DNA of 35,151 nt from Pseudanabaena sp. GTDB taxonomy: Bacteria > Cyanobacteriota > Cyanobacteriia > Pseudanabaenales > Pseudanabaenaceae. Every line of letters begins with the position of its first letter. Within the stretch, counting starts at the first letter, position 1. Under the pieces are notes generated by a model. It ran no database searches, was not told where the DNA came from, and saw only the letters and a program-made list of their open reading frames with translations. Location of the stretch: the NCBI GenBank assembly GCA_043786935.1, contig JAYVVP010000121.1, positions 1-35,151 on the forward strand, in the 5' to 3' direction. Below are positions 28,481-35,151 of the stretch, piece by piece. Position numbers and translations under genes: made by a program.

Positions 28481-28690
28481 GGCAGATAACTTCTCAGTAA
28501 GAGGGGTTGCTAACCATAGCACAAAAAGGCAAAGTGAAAGAATTGCACTCTACATTTTGCGAACCAACTTGTGAACTAAATCAAGCAGATTAAGCACTTT
28601 GCCGAAAGCGTATGGGATCGCGATCGCTACAGGCTAAAGCAAATATTTTTTTTGTGTTATTCTCAAGAAGCTATCGTTATTGATAATGCT

Positions 28691-29152
28691 ATGACTTCTG
28701 CGGAGACCACCTATTCACCTGAATCACTCAAGGCTGAACTCAACTTAAAAGGTTGTCGCATGACGCCGCAGCGCGAGGTGATTTTAAATACGTTTCAAAC
28801 ATTGCCTGAAGGCGAGCATCTTAGTGCCGAAGATTTATACGAACGTCTGAAAGCCCAAGGTGGAAATATTAGCCTTTCGACAATTTATCGTACCGTCAAG
28901 ATGATGGCCCGAATGGGGATTTTACGAGAATTAGAACTTACAGAAGATCATAAACATTATGAAATCAATCAGCCAAAACCTCATCACCACCATCATCTAG
29001 TCTGCGTCAAAACGAATCGTGTCATTGAGTTTAAAAATGACCAAATTCTGACTATTAGCAAAAAAGTTGCCGACAAATTTGGTTTCTCAGTTCTCGACTG
29101 TCAACTCACAATTATTGGCGTTAGCCCCGAAGGACAGCGCTCAATTTTTTAA
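28691..29152 (+). CDS. fur: Ferric uptake regulator, FurA-like
   Basis: RMTPQREVIL, HLSAEDLY, SLSTIYRT, ILRELEL, HYE and HHHHHLVC. ATG at 28691 preferred over TTG at 28652. Confidence 0.92.
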   Translation: MTSAETTYSPESLKAELNLKGCRMTPQREVILNTFQTLPEGEHLSAEDLYERLKAQGGNISLSTIYRTVKMMARMGILRELELTEDHKHYEINQPKPHHHHHLVCVKTNRVIEFKNDQILTISKKVADKFGFSVLDCQLTIIGVSPEGQRSIF

Positions 29153-29181
29153 TATAGATATTCTGGATTAGACCTTCTGGG

Positions 29182-29625
29182 CTAGATCTTAGAAAAACCT
29201 TCTTGGGCATAAACACGAAATCTTTCTAGATCTGCTTGCAAGGTAGACTTCACAATCTTCCCTAAAAACAAATTATCCATAATCTGTCCGATCGCAGGGA
29301 TTGCATAGGCAATACTTAACTTAACTATGGTTGTATTGTCGGGACGACCATAAAAACGCACTGCTCCACGGTTTGGTAAGCCGCCAATAGATTCCCATTG
29401 AATAATTTGATTAGGAATTTGTTTGAGAATCCGAGATTTCCAAGTAAAAGTTAAACCACTTGTGCCAAGCTTCCATGCTGACACTTCAGGATCTGAGGTG
29501 ATTTCCACAGAGTCAATCCACTTCATCCAACGGGGCATTGCTTTCAAATCTGACCACAACGACCATGCATATTCTACGGGAATAGTTACTTCAGTTTGGA
29601 CGGTATGTTCGAGCCAGTCACTCAT
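29182..29625 (-). CDS. SRPBCC/polyketide-cyclase family protein
   Basis: WLEHTVQ, MPRWMKWI, IQWES..GLPNRG and DLERF match a conserved cyanobacterial START-fold protein. Confidence 0.85.
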   Translation of the reverse strand: MSDWLEHTVQTEVTIPVEYAWSLWSDLKAMPRWMKWIDSVEITSDPEVSAWKLGTSGLTFTWKSRILKQIPNQIIQWESIGGLPNRGAVRFYGRPDNTTIVKLSIAYAIPAIGQIMDNLFLGKIVKSTLQADLERFRVYAQEGFSKI

Positions 29626-29904
29626 TGAATAATAGTTAATTGTTACTAGTTGTTACTTACACCAATCATATAACAAACCCCAATATTAAGGTTTTTAATC
29701 AATCCTTATAAAGAGCCAAAATATGATCGCACATCTAAGTAAAAATCAAAAAGCGGCAAAGTTGCAAACTGTCGTCTCCTCTTTTTTAGCTTAAGTTTAA
29801 ATGTTATGACTCGGAAAATAGTTTAAGAAGACTAGACTAAATGACAACAATTGTAATAAAATGCTTAAAATATATAGCTAGTTTAACCACTGGAAGAGTT
29901 AACT

Positions 29905-30930
29905 GTGGGTCTATTACGCCATTTTACAAAAGACATCGGTATTGACTTAGGTACTGCCAACACACTCATATATGTGTCTGGCGAAGGTATTGTTCTGCAA
30001 GAACCATCAGTTGTTGCGATCGATCAACGCGATAAGACTGCATACGCGGTCGGTGATGAAGCAAATAAAATGATCGGGCGCACCCCTGGCGATATCATTG
30101 CCGTTCGTCCGCTTAAAGATGGAGTGATTGCTGACTTTGACTCGGCTGAGTTGATGCTGCGCTGCTTTATTAACAAAGTCAAAAAAGGTGTTTTTAATCC
30201 TCGCATCGCGATCGGTATTCCTAGTGGGGTAACAGGCGTGGAATGGCGAGCCGTAATGGATGCTGCTCGTCGGGCTGGGGCTAGCGAAGTCTACCCAATT
30301 GATGAACCAATCGCCGCTGCGATCGGTGCTGGGTTGCCCGTCACTGAAGCAACTGGCAACATGATCATTGACATTGGCGGGGGAACAACCGAAGTCGCAG
30401 TCATGAGTTTGCAAGGGATTGTATTAAGTGAGTCGGTCAGAGTTGCAGGCGATGAACTCACCGAAGCAATCATGAAATACATGAAAACTGTGCATAATCT
30501 TGTGGTTGGTGAGCGTACTTCTGAAGAGATCAAAATTAAAATTGGATCTGCTTATCCGATCAAAGAAGAAACTTCGATGGAGGTGAGAGGCTTGCATTTA
30601 TTGTCAGGCTTGCCGCGTACCGTCACTGTCAAGTCTTCAGAAATTCGTGAAAGTATGAGTGAACCACTTTCAGTAATTATTGAGGCGGTAAAGCGGACTC
30701 TAGAGCGCACTCCGCCTGAGCTTGCGGCTGATATTATTGATCGCGGCATCATGTTGGCTGGTGGTGGGGCATTGCTCAATGGCATTGACACTTTAATTAG
30801 TCACGAAACAGGGATTATTACTCATATTGCTCCTGCTCCACTTAATTGTGTAGTCATTGGTGCGGGTCGCGTTTTAGAAGATTATAAAAATCTTGGGCGT
30901 GTCCTCACTAGTCGCATGAAAAATTTATAG
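29905..30930 (+). CDS. mreB: Rod shape-determining actin homologue MreB
   Basis: IGIDLGTANT, EPSVVA, DIGGGTTEVAV and LAGGGALL. GTG start. Confidence 0.98.
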   Translation: MGLLRHFTKDIGIDLGTANTLIYVSGEGIVLQEPSVVAIDQRDKTAYAVGDEANKMIGRTPGDIIAVRPLKDGVIADFDSAELMLRCFINKVKKGVFNPRIAIGIPSGVTGVEWRAVMDAARRAGASEVYPIDEPIAAAIGAGLPVTEATGNMIIDIGGGTTEVAVMSLQGIVLSESVRVAGDELTEAIMKYMKTVHNLVVGERTSEEIKIKIGSAYPIKEETSMEVRGLHLLSGLPRTVTVKSSEIRESMSEPLSVIIEAVKRTLERTPPELAADIIDRGIMLAGGGALLNGIDTLISHETGIITHIAPAPLNCVVIGAGRVLEDYKNLGRVLTSRMKNL

Positions 30931-30949
30931 GCTTACAGGTAGATTTTTC

Positions 30950-31696
30950 ATGGATTCTATTCGTAGTTGGTGGGAGCGCTACAGCTTTCAAACCTCTGTG
31001 GTTGCCGTTGGAATTGGGTTAGCTTGGGTAATACGTCAAACACAAGGCGTAGCGATTATGGAAACCTATCAGTTTCTAAGTCGTCCTTTCCAATCGGGTG
31101 TAACTAAGCAAGAGTTATTGCAAGATGCTCAAGTGCGAGAATTGCGCTATCGCTTAACTGAACTAGAATCTCAGAACCAGCGGATGAAAGAACTTTTAAA
31201 GATAAAAGTTAATCCCATAAAAAATGAGGTTTGGACTACGGTGATTGGTCGTGGTGCTGACTCTTGGTGGAATCAGATCCTAATTGGCAAAGGTAGCAAT
31301 GATGGGATCAAGGCAGGGGCTGTCGTTGTTGCTCCAGGTGGTTTGGTTGGTCGAGTTACCAATGTCTCGCCTAACAGTAGTCAAGTTTTACTGATTAGTG
31401 ATCCTAATAGTCAAGTTGGAGTTGTAGTTAGCCGCAGTCGTTTTAGCGGGATGCTCAAAGGACAAAGCCAAAACACAGCTGTATTGGAATTTTTCGAGCG
31501 CGATCCCGATGCTAAGGTAGGTGATATTGTCCACACTTCACAATTTAGTACACTATTTCCTGAAAATGTTCCTGTAGGTCGTATTAAGTCAATCAATCTC
31601 GATAAGCAACCATCTCCTGAAGCAATTATTGAATTTTCAACTCCACTTGGTTTACTAGAATATGTGGAAGTATATCCGTTCCAAAAAAAGCTGTAA
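30950..31696 (+). CDS. mreC: Rod shape-determining protein MreC
   Basis: TM helix plus coiled coil, GLVGRV, VLLISD and FPENVPVG. Follows mreB. Confidence 0.95.
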   Translation: MDSIRSWWERYSFQTSVVAVGIGLAWVIRQTQGVAIMETYQFLSRPFQSGVTKQELLQDAQVRELRYRLTELESQNQRMKELLKIKVNPIKNEVWTTVIGRGADSWWNQILIGKGSNDGIKAGAVVVAPGGLVGRVTNVSPNSSQVLLISDPNSQVGVVVSRSRFSGMLKGQSQNTAVLEFFERDPDAKVGDIVHTSQFSTLFPENVPVGRIKSINLDKQPSPEAIIEFSTPLGLLEYVEVYPFQKKL

Positions 31697-31763
31697 AAGC
31701 GATATTGAGGTTTTACATTAACCTATCTTCAAGCTTTAAAATCAATTAACTAAGTCTCCGTAA

Positions 31764-32315
31764 ATGATTGAGCGCAAAGTTTCTTTATCAAAAAAGCTTT
31801 TAAATTGGACAGTAACTATTGGCTCTGTACTAATATGCATTTTGGCAATGTATACCAGATTGCCAGGGATGACGTTAATGGGGATAGCGCCCAATTGGTT
31901 GCTGATTTGGCTAGTGGCGTGGAGCGTCAATCGTCCAGTATTTTTGTCAGTGATGGCGGGTATTGCTTTAGGTATGTTGCAAGACAGTATGACATTTGCT
32001 GATGTGAGAGCGGCTCCAACTCATGCGTTAGGATTAGCGATCGCGGGTGGAATTACATCGCTTTTACAAAAGCAGCGCTATATGCAAGAAGATTTTGTGT
32101 CGATCGCTTTAATTGTGTTTGGCATGGCAGTGATTGTCGAAACAATGCACGCAGTCCAGCTAACTTTTATGGGCGCAGGTATGGACAATGTATGGACTTT
32201 ACAACAACGAATTGCTCTGAGTTCAGCAATTGTCAGTAGTTTATGGTCACCTGTGATTTATTTTCCGCTCAGTCGTTGGTGGCGATCGCTAGAAAGAAAA
32301 GACGATCAACTTTAA
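31764..32315 (+). CDS. mreD: Rod shape-determining protein MreD
   Basis: Hydrophobic protein with PNWLLIW and GMLQDS. Follows mreC. Confidence 0.92.
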   Translation: MIERKVSLSKKLLNWTVTIGSVLICILAMYTRLPGMTLMGIAPNWLLIWLVAWSVNRPVFLSVMAGIALGMLQDSMTFADVRAAPTHALGLAIAGGITSLLQKQRYMQEDFVSIALIVFGMAVIVETMHAVQLTFMGAGMDNVWTLQQRIALSSAIVSSLWSPVIYFPLSRWWRSLERKDDQL

Positions 32316-32349
32316 AACCAGTTATTTTCAGACTTTAAAATATTTCTAG

Positions 32350-32387
32350 ATTTATAGCGATACTTAAAGATGGCGATCGCTATAAAT
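32350..32387. repeat. 12-bp perfect inverted repeat after mreD (possible terminator or REP-like element)
   Basis: ATTTATAGCGAT at 32350-32361 and ATCGCTATAAAT at 32376-32387. Confidence 0.6.
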
Positions 32388-32514
32388 TATGAACCTTACG
32401 TTCAAAACTGCTAAATTTAACTAATAATTAAGTAAGACTGTAATTAAAATTACTCTTAAATTACCTTTCTAGACTGTTTTTAGATCCTTGTTAAGCTAAG
32501 CCCCCGTAAATCAT

Positions 32515-33204
32515 ATGCCTAAAAAGTCCACAGTTATTTCTCCCTCGATCCTGTCTGCTGACTTTAGCCGTTTGGGTGACGACATTCGTGCAGTTGATGC
32601 GGCGGGTGCAGATTGGATTCATGTTGATGTGATGGATGGTCACTTTGTCCCAAATATCACAATTGGACCATTGATTGTTTCCGCAATCCGTCCTGTTACT
32701 ACCAAGATTTTAGATGTGCATTTGATGATTACTGAGCCAGAAAGATATGTGGCTGACTTTGCAAAAGCAGGTGCAGATATTATCACGGTTCATGCTGAGC
32801 ATACTGCTTGCCCTCACTTGCATCGCAATCTTTGCCAAATCAAAGAACTCGGTAAACTAGCTGGTGTTTCACTCAATCCTTCGACTCCTCTAAGCTTTAT
32901 TGAGTATGTTCTCGATCTTTGCGACTTAGTATTGATTATGAGCGTCAACCCTGGGTTTGGCGGTCAGAGTTTTATTCCTAATGTCATTCCTAAGATCGCC
33001 AAGTTGCGTCAAATGTGTGACGATCGCGGACTTGATCCTTGGATTCAGGTTGATGGTGGTCTGAAAGCAAATAACACTTGGCAAGTTCTTGATGCTGGTG
33101 CTAATGCAATCGTAGCTGGTTCGGCAGTATTTAATGCTCCTGACTATGCTAAGGCGATCGCCGATATTCGCAATAGTAAGCGTCCTGAGTTAGTTACTGC
33201 TTGA
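32515..33204 (+). CDS. rpe: Ribulose-phosphate 3-epimerase
   Basis: [38 protein letters not shown] and VDGG. Confidence 0.98.
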   Translation: MPKKSTVISPSILSADFSRLGDDIRAVDAAGADWIHVDVMDGHFVPNITIGPLIVSAIRPVTTKILDVHLMITEPERYVADFAKAGADIITVHAEHTACPHLHRNLCQIKELGKLAGVSLNPSTPLSFIEYVLDLCDLVLIMSVNPGFGGQSFIPNVIPKIAKLRQMCDDRGLDPWIQVDGGLKANNTWQVLDAGANAIVAGSAVFNAPDYAKAIADIRNSKRPELVTA

Positions 33205-33218
33205 TATATACCTAACTA

Positions 33219-33255
33219 AAAAGAGAGGGTGGCACATTTGATTACCCTCTCTTTT
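33219..33255 (+). terminator. Hairpin after rpe, probable intrinsic terminator
   Basis: AAAAGAGAGGGT at 33219-33230 and ACCCTCTCTTTT at 33244-33255. Confidence 0.7.
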
Positions 33256-33288
33256 AGAGATTTTTGGGAAGTGGTTTACATAATCACA

Positions 33289-33726
33289 ATGAAGTTTATG
33301 AGCCGTTATCTAAAGCGCGATCGCCAAATCGAAAATCCTGAAAACCTATCTCGCGATTCCCCACAAGAGCGCGTTGAGATGTTTTTTTGTTTAATACCTG
33401 TGTTTGGCTTGATTCCCTCTGCGATCGCTTTAGTTCGACAGAGGAGCAGTCGTAAGGTGAGAGATGTTAGCCAAGTGGCGATCGCTTTAATGCTTACTTG
33501 GGCGATCGCCTATGGGGCGATGGGCGGTGTGCCAACCGAGGGGGAGACATTACAAGTTACATCTGAATTATTCAAAGCATCATTGAGTTCGGGCTATTTT
33601 GTAATCTGTATGTATTTGATGTATCGTTTATATCGACAGCAGACGATTGCAATTCCTTGGGTGAAAGCTAATTCAGAACAGAAAGAATCGCGATCAGCAA
33701 AACGCGATCAAAAGCCTGATAATTAG
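33289..33726 (+). CDS. Hypothetical membrane protein (about 3 TM)
   Basis: LIPVFGLIPS motif and hydrophobic helices. The listed GTG start at 33229 lies inside the rpe terminator, so ATG at 33289 (or 33298) is preferred. Confidence 0.72.
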   Translation: MKFMSRYLKRDRQIENPENLSRDSPQERVEMFFCLIPVFGLIPSAIALVRQRSSRKVRDVSQVAIALMLTWAIAYGAMGGVPTEGETLQVTSELFKASLSSGYFVICMYLMYRLYRQQTIAIPWVKANSEQKESRSAKRDQKPDN

Positions 33727-33805
33727 AACCTATTTATTTAGAATCGCGATTGATAGTACAAAGCATTACCAATTCCAATCAGTCTTAATTTAAGGAGAAT
33801 TATTT

Positions 33806-34231
33806 ATGGATTTGCAAAACAGCAGACGTGCTGCGGGCGGATTTATTAGAGACTTTCAACTGTTTATTAAAAAAGGGAATGTAATCGACTTAGCCGTTGC
33901 GGTAATTATTGGCGGCGCTTTTGGTAAAATTGTCACCTCTTTAATTGAGGATATTATTACCCCCTTACTACTTAATCCCGCACTCAAGGCTGCCAATGTT
34001 GAAGACTTGGCAAAGCTACAAGTCAATGGTATTAAATATGGGGTATTTATTGCCGCAGTAATTAATTTTATAGTTGTTTCTTTTGTAATCTTCTTGCTCA
34101 TTCGCTCTTTTGCGGCTATGAAGCGTAAAGAACAACGGGAAGAAGCTGTAGTTGAAGCCAAAAAACCTGATCCTCAAGAACGTTTAACTTTAGCTATGGA
34201 ACGCTTAGCTGAAGTGATGGAATCCAAATAG
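33806..34231 (+). CDS. mscL: Large-conductance mechanosensitive channel
   Basis: KGNVIDLAVAVIIGGAFGKIVTSL, YG.FI.AVINF, and RBS AAGGAG. Confidence 0.96.
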   Translation: MDLQNSRRAAGGFIRDFQLFIKKGNVIDLAVAVIIGGAFGKIVTSLIEDIITPLLLNPALKAANVEDLAKLQVNGIKYGVFIAAVINFIVVSFVIFLLIRSFAAMKRKEQREEAVVEAKKPDPQERLTLAMERLAEVMESK

Positions 34232-34304
34232 AATAAAAGTGTGCAGTAAGCTCACAATTTGATCTTATTGATTGAGAACAATAATTCGAGATTGCTTGCA
34301 TATC

Positions 34305-35151
34305 ATGTCATTTAGACAATTTAGAAAAAGAATCTGCTGCTTTTTATCTATATCTTGGGCAATTTTAGGAGTTGCTATTGGGTTAAATGCTTGCATTAGT
34401 CCTAATAATGACAAAAAAACTGAAGAGGTTACTAAGTCCCCTGTTCCTATTTTCTTATTTATCCAAGCTTCTCCCGATGGTAAAACAATCGAGGGAATTG
34501 TGCCATCCGATCTAGTAGAGCAGTTTGGTAGTTTAGATCGGGTGATTCAATCGATTCCTGTAGGAAGCAAGTTTTTGTTAATGCAGTTTGGCAAACCACT
34601 GGGGATGTTTCAAGTTAGTGCGGTGCGCGGCTCGGATGCTTTTGGTGCGATCGCTAGTTTTAAAGTGCAAACAATAAACGAAAGCGAAAAGAATCAATCT
34701 GTTAAAGGAATCGATCCGACGATATTGCGTCAGCCAAATTTAACAATTGTGGCAAGCGATCGCCTTGATTCAACTCAAAACAGCGATCGCTCTTACTTTT
34801 TTAATTGTCCGAGTAAAATCCAGCCCCTTGTTCTCGAAAAATCTCGTAATTTATTTGTCAAACTTGGTGCAAATCAAGACGCAGTTTCGCAAGTTGCGAT
34901 CGCTTCGCTAGTATGTGCTGACATTGACGGTGATAACCAGCCTGAGATATTTGCAGGTTTACGCCTCGATAATCCCATTCGTCCTGTAGGATTTGAGCCG
35001 CAGGTGTGGAAAGATTTTTTGTCACGTTCTGCCTTAGAGCGTCAAGAGTACAGCATATTAGCGATGTTGCGAAAATCTGCAAGTGGCGATTGGATAGCTG
35101 AACCAATTCTGACCCATACGCGAGCGCTTTCTTATATTAATGACAGCGTGA
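34305..35151 (+). CDS. Hypothetical lipoprotein with an FG-GAP/VCBS-like Ca-binding motif; partial, runs off the window end
   Basis: Manual translation from ATG 34305 gives MSFRQFRKRICCFLSISWAILGVAIGLNAC (lipobox LNAC) ... CADIDGDNQPEIFAG ... with no stop before 35151. Absent from the supplied ORF track. Confidence 0.8.
   Translation, partial: MSFRQFRKRICCFLSISWAILGVAIGLNACISPNNDKKTEEVTKSPVPIFLFIQASPDGKTIEGIVPSDLVEQFGSLDRVIQSIPVGSKFLLMQFGKPLGMFQVSAVRGSDAFGAIASFKVQTINESEKNQSVKGIDPTILRQPNLTIVASDRLDSTQNSDRSYFFNCPSKIQPLVLEKSRNLFVKLGANQDAVSQVAIASLVCADIDGDNQPEIFAGLRLDNPIRPVGFEPQVWKDFLSRSALERQEYSILAMLRKSASGDWIAEPILTHTRALSYINDSV

Larger units (their letters stand above)
609..34903. repeat. Dispersed HIP1 octamer GCGATCGC
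   Basis: Recurrent through most genes (e.g. 609, 647, 4268). Not seen by eye in 22889-24654. Confidence 0.9.

Noticed and set aside
28521-28610. c-di-GMP-I riboswitch suggested by GGCAAA...GAAA
   Set aside because: There is no paired stem around GAAA and no downstream GACGCAAA/CTAA elements.
29905-32315. mreBCD lacking adjacent pbp2/rodA
   Set aside because: This is the usual arrangement in cyanobacteria and is not unusual.
33756-33769. NtcA box GTA-N8-TAC upstream of mscL
   Set aside because: The pattern matches, but there is no TAN3T about 22 nt downstream and the flanks are non-consensus. Such 6-base matches are frequent by chance.
881-35106. Short alternative-frame and antisense ORFs in the track (e.g. 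6147-6518, 14957-15307, 30007-30414, 33856-34161, 34858-35106)
   Set aside because: They overlap well-supported genes wholly or largely and carry no recognisable motifs, so they are treated as shadow ORFs.

Overview
Chromosomal window from a cyanobacterium. The HIP1 octamer GCGATCGC recurs in most genes, and gene content and short intergenic palindromes suggest a Pseudanabaena-like organism (inference). From left to right it holds: a polysaccharide cluster (HlyD adaptor, PilZ-containing GT2 cellulose-synthase-like enzyme, exported GH10 hydrolase); a trypsin-like protease with two PPC domains and a secreted hypothetical protein; gcvP; a coiled-coil PD-(D/E)XK protein; two sugar ABC permeases; an ABC-F ATPase; a MASE1 hybrid kinase with a REC-PAS regulator lacking an output domain; a PQQ sugar dehydrogenase; cruA; an AT-rich, HIP1-free ABC-ATPase + TOPRIM-like (DUF4276-type) cassette; an M16 peptidase; a TPR protein; rlmI; an unusual Cys-poor FurA; an SRPBCC protein; mreBCD; rpe; mscL; and a lipoprotein ORF missed by the ORF track that runs off the window end. 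No rRNA, tRNA, CRISPR array or transposase was seen. The best leads are the HlyD-GT2(PilZ)-GH10 system with non-canonical synthase motifs (possibly a xylan or xylose-containing polymer), the ATPase/TOPRIM candidate defence cassette, and the Fur that has lost both CXXC motifs. All family calls come from reading motifs, not from database searches.
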